A DNA stretch of 63,948 bases, counting the filler, from Raillietiella orientalis (lineage: Eukaryota), in NCBI GenBank assembly GCA_036172245.1. It is 3 parts of 3 records of this genome, joined end to end, with 100 filler letters (N's around TTAATTAATTAA, not from the genome) between each part and the next. Parts side by side here need not be neighbours in the genome. Positions count along the whole stretch, not along the records: positions 31,089 to 60,756 come from JAYWIR010000205.1; positions 60,857 to 63,948 come from JAYWIR010000382.1; 1 more part is not named here. One strand, 5' to 3'. This document shows, one piece after another, positions 52,001-63,948 of the stretch. Under the pieces are notes generated by a model. The model worked only from the letters and a program-made list of their open reading frames with translations, was not told the DNA's origin and did no database searches. Each line of letters begins with the position of its first letter. Positions within the stretch are counted from its first letter, which is position 1. A program made the translations under genes and the position numbers.

Positions 52001-55000
52001 CATCGGGAAGCGGCCATGGTCGTTTACATGCAAGTGCGGAGATTTGGACAGAAAACACCACATTGGAATTAGAAAACACAGAGGAATTTGTTTGAAGCAC
52101 TTTGATGATTTTATCTCTATGCTGGGAGTGGAAGTAGATGGCTTCCAACCATTTTGAGGTCTCAGGATTGCGAGCGAATTCATCGGGAAGCGGCCATGGT
52201 CGTTTTGGTGCAAGTGCGAAGATTTGGACGGAAAAAACCACATTGGAAATAGAAAACATACAGGAATTTCTGTGATGCATTTTGAAGATTCTATTTCTGT
52301 GCTGGAAGTCGAAGTGGATTGATTCCAACCATTTTGATGTCTAAGGATTGCGACCGAAATAATCGGGAACCGGCCATGGTCGTTTAGGTACAAGTGCGGA
52401 GATTTGGACGGAAAACACCACATTGGAAATAGAAAAGATAGAGGAATTTCTGTGATGCATTTTGAAGATTCTATTTCTATGCTGGAAGACGAAGTAGATT
52501 GATTCCAACCATTTCGATGTCTCAGGATTGCGACCGAATTCATCGGGAAGCGACCATGGTCGTTTTGGTGCAAGTGCGGAGATTTGGACGGAAAACACCA
52601 CATTTGAAATAGAAAAGATAGTGGAATTTTTTTGATGCATTTTGGGGATTCTATTTCTATGCTGGAAGAGGAAGTAGATTGATTGCAACCATTTTGATGT
52701 CTCAGGATTGCTACCGAATTCATCGGGAAGCGTCCATGGTCGTTTACATGCAAGTGCGGAGATTTGGACGGAAAACACCACATTGGAAATAAAAAAGATA
52801 GAGGAATTTGTTTGATGCACTTTGAAGATTCTATTTCTATGCTGGAAGAGGAAATAGATTGATTCCAATTATTTTGATGTCTCAGGATTGCGACCGAGTT
52901 CATCCGGAACCGGCCATGGTCGTGTTGGTGCAAGTGCGAAGATTAGGAAGGAAAACACCACATTGGAAATAGAAAAGATAGAGGAATTTCTTTGATGCAT
53001 TTTGAAGATTCTATTTCTATGCTGGAAGTGGAAGTAGACAGCTTCCAACCATTTTGAGGTCTCATGATTTCGACCGAATTCTTCGGGAACCGGCCATGGT
53101 CGTTTTGGTGCAAGTGCGGAGATTTGGACGGAAAATACCACATTGGAAATAGAAAAGATAGAGGAATTTCTTTGATGCATTTTGAAGATTCTATTTCTAT
53201 GCTGGAAGTGGAAGTAGACAGCCTCCAACCATTTTGAGGTCTCAGGATTTCGACCGAATTCTTCGGGAACCGGCCATGGTCGTTTTGGTGCAAGTGCGGA
53301 GATTTGGACGGAAAATACCACATTAGAAATAGAAAAGATAGACGAATTTGTTTGATGCATTTTGAAGATTCTATTTCTATGCTGGAAGTGGAAGTAGATT
53401 GATTCCAACCATTTTGATGTCTCAGGATTGCTTCCGAATTCATCGGGAACCGGCCATGGTCGATTTGGTGCAAGTGCGGAGATTTGGACGGAAAATACCA
53501 CATTGGAAATAGAAAAGATAGAGGAATTTCTTTGATGCATTTTGAGGATTCTATTTCTATGCTGAAAGTGGAAGTAGACAGCTTCCAACCATTTTGAGGT
53601 CTCACGATTTCGACCGAATTCTTCGGGAACCGGCCATGGTCGTTTTCGTGCAAGTGCGGAGATTTGGACGGAAAACATCACATTGGAAATAGAAAAGATA
53701 GAGGAATTTCTTTGATGCATTTTGAAGATTCTATTTCTATGCTGAAAGTGGAAGTAGACAGCTTCCAACCATTTTCATGTCTCAGGATTGCGACCGAATT
53801 CATCCGGAAACGGCCATGGTCGTGTTGGTGCAAGTGCGAAGATTTGGACGGAAAACACCACATTGGAAATAGAAAACATAGAGGAATTTTTGTGATGCAT
53901 TTTGATGATTCTTTTTTTGTGCTGGAAGACGAAGTAGATTGATTCCAACCATTTTGATGTCTCAGGATAGCGACCGAATTCATCGGGAACCGACCATGGT
54001 CGTTTTGGTGCTAGTGCGGAGATTTGGAAGGAAAACACCACATTAGAAATAGAAAAGATAGAGGAATTTTTTGGATGCACTTTGAAGATTCTATTTCTCT
54101 GCTGGAAGTGGAAGTAGATTGCTTCCAACCATTTTGAGGTCTCAGGATTGCGACCGAATTCATCGGGAAGCGGCCATGGTCGTTTACATGCAAGTGCGGA
54201 GATTTGGACGGAAAACACCACATTGGAATTAGAAAACACAGAGGAATTTGTTTGATGCACTTTGATGATTTTATCTCTATGCTGGGACTGGAAGTAGATG
54301 GCTTCCAACCATTTTGAGGTCTCAGGATTGCGAGCGAATTCATCGAGAAGCGGCCATGGTCGTTTTGGTGCAAGTGCGAAGATTTGGACGGAAAACACCA
54401 CATTGGAAATAGAAAACATAGAGGAATTTCTGTGATGCATTTTGAAGATTCTATTTCTATGCTGGAAGACGAAGTAGATTGATTCCAACCATTTCGATGT
54501 CTCAGGATTGCGACCGAATTCATCGGGAACCGGCCATGGTCGTTTTGGTGCAAGTGCGAAGATTTGGACGGAAAACACCATAATGGAAATAGAAAACATA
54601 GAGGAATATTTGTGATGCATTTTTAAGATTCTATTTCTGTGCTGGAAGTCGAAGTGGATTGATTCCAACCATTTTGATGTCTAAGGATTGCGACCGAAAT
54701 TATCGGGAACCGGCCATGGTCGTTTAGGTACAAGTGCGGAGATTTGGACGGAAAACACCACATTGGAAATAGAAAAGATAGAGGAATTTTTTGGATGCAC
54801 TTTAAAGATTCTATTTCTATGCTGGGAGTGGAAGTAGATTGCTTGCAGCCATCAGGATTTCGACCGAATTCATCGGGAACCGGCCATGGTCGTTTTGGTG
54901 CAAGTGCGGAGATTTGGACGGAAAATACCACATTGGAAATAGAAAAGATAGAGGAATTTCTTTGATGCATTTTGAAGATTCTATTTCTATGCTGGAAGTA

Positions 55001-58000
55001 AAAGTAGATTGATTCCAACCATTTTGATGTCTCAGGATTGCTTCCGAATTCATCGGGAACCGGCCATGGTCGATTTGGTGCAAGTGCGGAGATTTGGACG
55101 GAAAACACCACATTGGAAATAGAAAAGATAGAGGAATTTCTTTGATGCATTTTGAAGATTCTATTTCTATGCTGGAAGTGGAAGTAGACAGCTTCCAACC
55201 ATTTTCATGTCTCACGATTGCGACCGAATTCATCCGGAAACGGCCATGGTCGTGTTGGTGCAAGTGCGAAGATTTGGACGGAAAACACCACATTGGAAAT
55301 AGAAAACATAGAGGAATTTTGTGATGCATTTTGATGATTCTTTTTTTGTGCTGGAAGACGAAGTAGATTGATTCCAACCATTTTGATGTCTCAGGATTGC
55401 GACCGAATTCATCGGGAAGCGGCCATGGTCGTTTACATGCAAGTGCGGAGATTTGGACGGAAAACAACACATTGGAAATAGAAAAGATAGAGGAATTTCT
55501 TTGATGCATTTTGAAGATTCTATTTCTATGCTGGAAGAGGAAATAGATTGATTCCAACCATTTTGATGTCTCAGGATTGCGACCGAGTTCATCCGGAACC
55601 GGCCATGGTCGTGTTGGTGCAAGTGCGGAGATTTGGAAGGAAAACACCACATTGGAAATAGAAAACATAGAGGAATTTTTGTGATGCATTTTTAAGATTC
55701 TATTTCTATGCTGGAAGACAAAGTAGATTGCTTCCAACCATTTTGATGTCTCAGGATTGCTTCCGAATTCATCGGGAACCGGCCATGGTCGTTTTGGTGC
55801 AAGTGCGGAGATTTGGACGGAAAACACCACATTGGAAATAGAAAAGATAAAGGAATTTCTTTGATGCATTTTGAAGATTCTATTTCTATGCTGGAAGTGG
55901 AAGTAGACAGCTTCCAACCATTTTGAGGTCTCAGGATTTCGACCGAATTCTTCGGGAACCGGCCATGGTCGTTTACATGCAAGTGCGGAGATTTGGACGG
56001 AAAACACCACATTGGAAATAGAAAAGATAGAGGAATTTTTTTAATGCATTTTGAAGATTCTATTTCTATGCTGGAAGTGGAAGTAGACAGCTTCCAACCA
56101 TTTTGAGGTCTCAGGATTTCGACCGAATTCTTCGGGAACCGGCCATGGTCGTTTTGGTGCAAGTGCGGAGATTTCGACGGAAAACACCACACTGGAAATA
56201 GAAAAGATAAAGGAATTTTTTTGATGCACTTTAAAGATTCTATTTCTATGCTGGAAGAGGAAGTAGATTGATTCCAATCATTTTGTTCTCTCAGGATTTC
56301 GACTGAATTCATCGGGAAGCGGACATGGTCGTTTACGTGCAAGTGTGCGGAGATTTAGACGGAAAACACCACATTGGAAATAGAAAAGATAGAGGAATTT
56401 CTTTGATGCATTTTGAAGATTCTATTTCTATGCTGAAAGTGGAAGTAGACAGCTTCCAACCATTTGGAGGTCTCAGGATTTCGACCGAATTCTTCGGGAA
56501 CCGGCCGCGGTCGTTTTGGTGCAAGTGCGGAGATTTGGACGGAAAATACCACATTGAAATAGAAAAGATAAAGGAATTTTTTTGATGCATTTTGAAGATT
56601 CTATCTCGATGCAGGAAGTGGAAATAGATTGATTTCAACCATTTTCATGTCTGAGGATTGCGACCGAATTTTTCGGGAACCGGCCATGTTCATTTAGGTG
56701 CAAGTGGGGAGATTTGGACGGAAAACACCACATTGGAAATAGAAAAGATAGAGGAATTTTTGTGATGCATTTTGAAGATTCTATTTCTATGCTGGAAGTG
56801 GAAGTAGACAGCTCAACCATTTTGAGGTCTCAGATTTCGACCGAATTCTTCGGGAACCGGCCATGGTCGTTTTGGTGCAAGTGCGGAGATTTGGACGGAA
56901 AATACCACATTGGAAATAGAAAAGATAGACGAATTTCTTTGATGCATTTTGAAGATTCTATTTCTATGCTTTAAGACGAAGTAGATTGCTTCCAACCATT
57001 TTGATGTCTAAGGATTGCTTCTGAATTCATCGGGAACCGGCCATGGTCGTTTTGGTGCAAGTGCGGAGATTTGGACGGAAAACACCACATTGGAAATAGA
57101 AAAGATAGAGGAATTTCTTGAACGCATTTTGAAGATTCTATTTCTATGCTGGAAGTGGAAGTAGACAGCTTCCAACCATTTTGAGGTCTCAGGATTTCGA
57201 CCGAATTCTGGAACCGGCCACGTTTTGGTGCAAGGAGATTTGGACGGAAAACATCACTGGAAATAGAATTGATAGAGGAAATTGAAGCATTCTGAATATT
57301 CTATTTTATGCTGAAGTGGCGAGACAGCTTCCAACCATTTTCATGTCTCAGGCATGCGACCGAATTCATCCGGAAACGGCCATGGTCGTTTTGGTGCAAG
57401 TGCGGAGATTTGGAAGGAAAACACCACATTGGAAATAGAAAACATAGAGGAATTTCTTTGATGCATTTTGAAGATTCTATTTCTATGCTGGAAGTGGGAG
57501 TAGACAGCTTCCAACCATTTTGAGGTCTCAAGATCGACCGAATTCTTCGGAACCGGCCATGGTCGTTTTGGTGCAAGTGCGGAGATTTGGACGGAAAATA
57601 CCACATTGGAAATAGAAAAGATAGATAATTTTCTTTGATGCATTTTGAAGATTCTATTTCTATGCTGAAAGTGGGAGTAAGACAGCTTCCAACCATTTTC
57701 ATATCTCATGCATGCGACCGAATTCATCCGGAACCGGCTATGGTCGTTTTGGTGCAAGTGCGGAGATTTGGAAGGAAAACACCACATTGGAAATAGAAAA
57801 GATAGAGGAATTTCTTTGATGCATTTTGAAGATTCTATCTCTATGCTGGAAGTGGAAGTAGATTGATTCCAACCATTTTGATGTCTCAGGATTGCTTCCG
57901 AATTCATCGGGAACCGGCCATGGTCGATTTGGTGCAAGTGCGGAGATTTGGACGGAAAACACCACATTGGAAATAGAAAAGATAGAGGAATTTATTTGAT

Positions 58001-60756
58001 GCATTTTGAAGATTCTATTTCTATGCTGGAAGTGGAAGTAGACAACTTCCAACCATTTTGAGGTCTCAGGATTTCGACCGAATTCTTCGGGAACCGGCCA
58101 TGGTCGTTTTGGTGCTAGTGCGGAGATTTGGACGGAAAACACCACATTGGAAATAGAAAAGATAGAGGAATTTCTTTGATGCATTTTGAAGATTCTATTT
58201 CTATGCTGGAAGTGGAAGTAGACAGCTTCAAACCATTTTGAGGTCTCAGGATTTCGACCGAATTCTTCGGGAACCGGCCATGGTCGTTTGGGCAAGTGCG
58301 AAGATTTGGACGGAAAACACCACATTGGAAATAGAAAACATAGAGGAATTTTTGTGATGCATTTTGATGATTCTTTTTTTGTGCTGGAAGACGAAGTAGA
58401 TTGATTCCAACCATTTTGATGTCTCAGGATAGCGACCGAATTCATCGGGAACCGACCATGGTCGTTTTGGTGCTAGTGCGGAGATTTGGAAGGAAAACAC
58501 CACATTAGAAATAGAAAACATAGAGGAATTTCTGTGATGCATTTTGAAGATTCTATTTCTATGCTGGAAGACGAAGTAGATTGATTCCAACCATTTCGAT
58601 GTCTCAGGATTGCGACCGAATTCATCGGGAACCGGCCATGGTCGTTTACATGCAAGTGCGGAGATTTGGACGGAAAACACCACATTGGAAATAGAAAACA
58701 TAGAGGAATTTTTGTGATGCATTTTGAAGATTCTATTTCTATGCTGGAAGTGGAAGTAGACAGCTTCCAACCATTTTGAGGTCTCAAGATTTCGACCGAA
58801 TTCTTCGGGAACCGGCCATGGTCGTTTTGGTGCAAGTGCGGAGATTTGGACGGAAAATACCACATTGGAAATAGAAAAGATAGAGGAATTTCTTTGATGC
58901 ATTTTGAAGATTCTATTTCTATGCTGGAAGTGGAAGTAGACAGCTTCCAACCATTTTCATGTCTCAGGCATGCGACCGAATTCATCCGGAACCGGCCATG
59001 GTCGTTTTGGTGCAAGTGCGGAGATTTGGAAGGAAAACACCACATTGGAAATAGAAAAGATAGAGGAATTTCTTTGATGCATTTTGAAGATTCTATTTCT
59101 ATGCTGGAAGTGGAAGTAGACAGCTTCCAACCATTTTGAGGTCTCAAGATTTCGACCGAATTCTTCGGGAACCGGCCATGGTCGTTTTGGTGCAAGTGCG
59201 GAGATTTGGACGGAAAATACCACATTGGAAATAGAAAAGATAGAGGAATTTCTTTGATGCATTTTAAAGGTTCTATTTCTATGCTGGAAGTGGAAGTAGA
59301 CAGCTTCCAACCATTTTCATGTCTCAGGCATGCGACCGAATTCATCCGGAACCGGCCATGGTCGTTTTGGTGCAAGTGCGGAGATTTGGAAGGAAAACAC
59401 CACATTGGAAATAGAAAAGATAGAGGAATTTCTTTGATGCATTTTGAAGATTCTATTTCTATGCTGGAAGTGGAAGTAGACAGCTTCCAACCATTTTGAG
59501 GTCTCAAGATTTCGACCGAATTCTTCGGGAACCGGCCATGGTCGTTTTGGTGCAAGTGCGGAGATTTGGACGGAAAATACCACATTGGAAATAGAAAAGA
59601 TAGAGGAATTTCTTTGATGCATTTTGAAGGTTCTATTTCTATGCTGGAAGTGGAAGTAGACAGCTTCCAACCATTTTGAGGTCTCAGGATTTCGACCGAA
59701 TTCTTCGGGAACCGGCCATGGTCGTTTTGGTGCAAGTGCGGAGATTTGGACGGAAAACAGCACATTGGAAATAGAAAACATACAGGAATTTCTGTGATGC
59801 ATTTTGAAGATTCTATTTCTATGCTGGAAGACGAAGTAGATTGATTCCAACCATTTCGATGTCTCAGGATTGCGACCGAATTCATCGGGAACCGGCCATG
59901 GTCGTTTTGGTGCAAGTGCGAAGATTTGGACGGAAAACACCACAATGGAAATAGAAAACATAGAGGAATTTTTGTGATGCATTTTGAAGATTCTATTTCT
60001 GTGCTGGAAGTCGAAGTGGATTGATTCCAACCATTTTGATGTCTAAGGATTGCGACCGAAATAATCGGGAACCGGCCATGGTCGTTTAGGTACAAGTGCG
60101 GAGATTTGGACGGAAAACACCACATTGGAAATAGAAAAGATAGAGGAAATTCTGTGATGCATTTTGAAGATTCTATTTCTATGCTGGAAGACGAAGTAGA
60201 TTGATTCCAACCATTTCGATGTCTCAGGATTGCGACCGAATTCATCGGGAAGCGACCATGGTCGTTTTGGTGCAAGTGCGGAGATTTGGACGGAAAACAC
60301 CACATTGGAAATAGAAAAGATAGTGGAATTTTTTTGATGCATTTTGGGGATTCTATTTCTATGCTGGAAGAGGAAGTAGATTGATTGCAACCATTTTGAT
60401 GTCTCAGGATTGCTACCGAATTCATCGGGAAGCGGCCATGGTCGTTTACATGCAAGTGCGGAGATTTGGACGGAAAACACCACATTGGAAATAAAAAAGA
60501 TAGAGGAATTTGTTTGATGCACTTTGAAGATTCTATTTCTATGCTGGAAGAGGAAATAGATTGATTCCAATTATTTTGATGTCTCAGGATTGCGACCGAG
60601 TTCATCCGGAACCGGCCATGGTCGTGTTGGTGCAAGTGCGAAGATTAGGAAGGAAAACACCACATTGGAAATAGAAAAGATAGAGGAATTTCTTTGATGC
60701 ATTTTGAAGATTCTATTTCTATGCTGGAAGTGGAAGTAGACAGCTTCCAACCATTT
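31089..60756. repeat. 180-bp tandem satellite array (~165 monomers) with higher-order repeats; centromere-like
   Basis: Consensus GACCGAATTC(A/T)TCGGGAACCGGCCATGGTCGTTTTGGTGCAAGTGCGGAGATTTGGACGGAAAACACCACATTGGAAATAGAAAAGATAGAGGAATTTCTTTGATGCATTTTGAAGATTCTATTTCTATGCTGGAAGTGGAAGTAGACAGCTTCCAACCATTTTGAGGTCTCAGGATTTC, head-to-tail, one orientation, no spacers or insertions. The centromeric role is inference. Confidence 0.97.
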
Positions 60757-60856
60757 NNNNNNNNNNNNNNNNNNNNNNNNNNNNNNNNNNNNNNNNNNNN
60801 TTAATTAATTAANNNNNNNNNNNNNNNNNNNNNNNNNNNNNNNNNNNNNNNNNNNN
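60757..60856. other. Artificial contig linker
   Basis: 44 N + TTAATTAATTAA + 44 N. Confidence 0.97.
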
Positions 60857-60991
60857 CCTACCCGGATTGCCAGGCTTGCCTCTCGGCTGCCGCTCGATAC
60901 TCTACTAACCTGCGCATTTTGGGGGTTCTCGCGTAACGTCGGGCTTCAAGTTAGCACCTTTCGTTACGCGGCTTCTCCCCAAATCCCTCTC
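60857..60991 (-). mobile_element. LINE ORF2 linker fragment (antisense to the adjacent element)
   Basis: GFGEKPRNERC*LEARRYARTPKMRRLVEYRAAAERQAWQSG is homologous to 63713-63840 and 9561-9690. Confidence 0.8.
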
Positions 60992-61012
60992 CTCGAGAGC
61001 GGACGTGTTTTT
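60992..61012 (+). promoter_or_regulatory. Conserved LINE 5'-terminal motif (GGACGTGTTTT), candidate internal promoter; representative copy
   Basis: Also at 30601-30620(+), 5461-5480(-), 9541-9560(-) and 7-28(-). In the four copies where ORF1 is visible it lies just upstream of ORF1. Promoter function is inference. Confidence 0.5.
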
Positions 61013-61086
61013 CCGGCGCTCCGCGAACGAGCAGCGGAAAGCGGCTTTTTGGTTCAGTGTGTGCTTTTTCACATCGTTGGTGTCCG

Positions 61087-62840
61087 ATGGCATCGCTGCC
61101 AGAGGACACCACGATAGAGGTAGGCGTGAGGGAGGCTAGCCACCCCCCACGACCTACAGAATTAGGGGCACCCGCCCCGGAATCGCCCTCGTCGCCCAAG
61201 ACGAGGAGCTGGAGCGCCATGGTCGCCGCGCCGAGCGCGGAAACCTTGGCTGAGCAAGCGGCCTACAGGGCCTCCGGATATAAACCATCCCTGGTTTATA
61301 AGGTATGAAACACTGTTCGACGGTCGCACCGCGCGTGCCTTTAGCAAGGCACTACAGGAATTCCCCGTGCGTGAGGAGGATCTTGACGGCCTCGCCGTAC
61401 TCAGCGGGGGGAAACGCGTGGAGGTCGTCTGCAAAGACGTAGCCCTAGCGCAGCGCCTCATCAACACCCCGCTGAATGTGGCTGGCCAAAAGATCCTACC
61501 CGTTAGCATGGACCGCTCCGTAATGGTCCATCTAACGGGGATCACGAACCGCATGACGCGCTCTGCGGTGAACGCGGAATTGAAAAAATACGGAGATGTG
61601 CACGCGCTGTGGCCAAAGCCAACCATTTTTGACGGCTATAACAGCCTCTTTGGTGGCCAGGCAGCAGCGCGTGTCACTGTGAACGAGGGTGTTGGGTTAC
61701 CCCACAAACTAAAGGTCGCGAAGGAGCCCGTAGACCTCTGGTATGTGGGGAAACCCCACTATTGTGGCAACTGCGATGCGGTAGGGCATGTGCGCAGGCG
61801 GTGCCCGAATATCGAGTGCCACTTTTGCGGGGACAAAGGGACACGTCCGTCGTGTGTGCCCTAAACGCCCCACCCCGGTGCCACCTGCTGCCAAAAAGGC
61901 ACAGGCGAAAAAAATGAATAAGGTCGAAAGACCTCATCGCGAAAATGTCCGGCCCCAGCAGCCTCCTCCTCCTCCTCCAACCCAGGCAGCGACGGAAAAA
62001 ACCTCCAAAGACGCGGGCGAGGAAGAAGGATGGACGCTGGTAAAGGCCAGAAAAGTACCCAAAAAGCGTTCACAAGAGAAGGCGGAGAAAAAGTCGGTCG
62101 CGAAAGCGAAAAAACCTGGTCCGCGATCTAAAACTCTCCGCGAGTGTTCGGTAGCACTGGAGCGCATCAGCGTTCCCGAGGCTGCCACCCGGGGCGACGA
62201 GCCCCCCCTCGCCGCTTCCGCCGCGCCCGAGGTTCGCGACGGCGAACCCTCTGTTTGCACAGAGGGTGAAACGCGCGACGCGCTCGCCGCCGGCGAGAAC
62301 GCCGCCTTCGCGAAGGCAGCTTAGGAGCTCGCGGCCACGCTGGCTGAGCGTGAGAACCCCTCACGCAAGGACGTGCGAAGGCCGGCTCCGCCGAAGAAGG
62401 CATCCGCAGGTGAGTGCGACCTGGTAGCCGGAAGTGCATCCGCCTCCTCGGAGGCACCCCCACGGAAGACGGGAAGCAAGTCCCAAAATCCGAGGAAGCG
62501 CCTCCCCTCCACGAGCGAGGAGGAGAAGCAGGAAGTCGCCGGCAGCGTGGCAATCCCGGAGGGGGAGCTCCAACGCGCGGAAGCCGTCGAGCAGGACACC
62601 CCCATGGAGGAGGGTGAGCAGAAGGGCGAAATCCCCCCTGCCGTCGCGGATCCTGAGGAGCCCACCCCTATGGAGGAGGGCCATCAGGTAGGCGCGACCC
62701 CACCTGAGGGTGAATCGCCCGACACGCCGTCACCGATGGAAGAGGGTGGCCAGGTGCTAGAGGCACCTGTCCCTCCTCCTCCACCTAGCGTCCCGCCCCA
62801 ACAGGTGGCGGACGCCGCACAGCCGATTTCCCAGGAATAA
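61087..62840 (+). pseudogene. LINE ORF1p (putative RNA-binding domain, two CCHC knuckles, basic then acidic Pro/Glu tail); frameshifts and a stop
   Basis: Assembled from ORFs 61057..61308, 61367..61864, 61788..62324 and 62373..62840; CGNCDAVGHVRRRC and CHFCGDKG(H)VRRVC. Confidence 0.85.
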
Positions 62841-62872
62841 CACCTGGGCTCGCCTGTCGCCGTCGAATCCGC

Positions 62873-63948
62873 GTGGCCAGTTGGAACGTCAACGGGCTGC
62901 ACGACGACGGCAACAGACGAGATACGTCCGACACCCTGCGTGACTTCGACCTGGCCCTGCTGCAGGAGATCCACGTGATCACCTCGGCAGACGTCCAAGA
63001 AATCAAGACGATCGCGGGGAGTCGACTGCATTGGCGATGCGGCGCCCGCAACACCTGCGGGGTCGCGTTCTTCGTCAAGTCGGCCATCGATGCTGCCGTG
63101 AAGGGCGTACGCTTTGATGACGACGGTCGGGTCGGTCAGCTGATTCTCAGCTGGTCCGACTCGATCGAATTGATAGTCACGAAAGTGTACGCCTCGAGCG
63201 GAAAAGGGGGATACAGCGACCGTACCAGGCTGCTGGAAACCCTGAAGCGCGATTGGCTGGCCGACACGAATGTGCGGAAGCACACCCGATAGCTGGAGAC
63301 TTCAATCTCCGTCTGCTGTTAGGTGAGCCCGAAGCACAAGAACGCACGCCCAACGAGTTGTGCGCTGCCATGCGCACGTGCAACTTGTTGGCGGACGCGG
63401 AGGGAATGGACCGCAGCATCGATCACTTCTTCCTGGATGTCGACCTGTGCTCGCGGGTCGGCAAACGGGGAAAAGTTGCGTCGACGCTGTCGGACCATAC
63501 CAGGATCATCGCCGAGGTTTGCCTGCGCGACAAAGGACCCCCGTCAAGGGCGTGGCGGCTGCCTGGGAACTGGACACGGCTCTCAGGTGCGAAAGAACAC
63601 TTTCGCGAATTCCTGAGAGGCGTCACCCTCCGCAGTCTCCAAGACTGGGACCTCTTCAAGGCCTCGGTTCGCGAGTTCTGCGAAGAGTTTCTTCTGCACC
63701 GCCTGCCCCCCGGATTCGGGGAGGGGGCTTGGAACCATCGGGCTTATCTACAGGCCCGCCGGTACGAGAGGACCCCGAATGTCCGTCGCCTCGCGGAATA
63801 TCGAGCCGGGGCCGAACGCGAAGCCTGGCAATCCGGGTCGGACAGCTTGCTGGACGACCAGGGCCGGGAGCGATCCGCCCCACCCGCGATCAGGGACCTC
63901 GTGCGACGTTATTACTCCTCCCTCTACGCTAGGGCACTCCCAGAGCGG
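62873..63948 (+). pseudogene. LINE ORF2 N-terminus: APE endonuclease + linker
   Basis: SWNVNGL, LLQEIH, GVAFF, GDFN (~63295), IDHFF (~63418), LSDH (~63488); frameshifted near 63290. Confidence 0.9.

Larger units (their letters stand above)
60992..63948 (+). mobile_element. L1/Tx1-like LINE, 5' half (runs off the window)
   Basis: 5' motif GAGAGCGGACGTGTTTTT, then ORF1, then an APE-type ORF2. Confidence 0.92.

Noticed and set aside
31135..60635. Long repetitive ORFs (up to 1301 aa) as real genes
   Set aside because: They follow from a 180-bp unit lacking stops in two overlapping frames. Variants change amino acids freely and introduce stops, and no unique N- or C-terminus is visible.
31089..60756. 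CRISPR-like repeat-spacer array
   Set aside because: No unique spacers, no cas genes, and the context is eukaryotic.
30989..60856. LINE nests physically flanking the satellite (pericentromere model)
   Set aside because: Both boundaries are artificial linkers, so adjacency, order and orientation of the three contigs are unproven.

Overview
Eukaryotic, repeat-dominated DNA made of three contigs joined by artificial 100-bp linkers (44N-TTAATTAATTAA-44N at 30989-31088 and 60757-60856). Contig 1 (1-30988) has two dense nests of an L1/Tx1-like non-LTR retrotransposon family (1-15.4 kb and 26.4-31 kb). They flank an ~11-kb lower-GC island with a short-intron gene fragment, an inverted pair of decayed hAT-like segments and a 66-bp-arm hairpin. 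Contig 2 (31089-60756) is a pure ~165-copy array of a 180-bp satellite with higher-order structure. Contig 3 is a near full-length copy of the same LINE family (ORF1 with two CCHC knuckles, APE endonuclease) abutting an antisense fragment of another copy. The most interesting signals are: (i) the LINE copies alternate in strand and join each other antisense at recurring positions, suggesting self-targeted antisense insertion; (ii) all copies lack poly(A) and end in a conserved AATAAA + CCCGG-N5-CCGGG stem-loop; (iii) one complete short element encodes an in-frame ORF1-zf-RVT fusion without endonuclease or RT. Element boundaries were read by eye and are approximate. No database searches were run.
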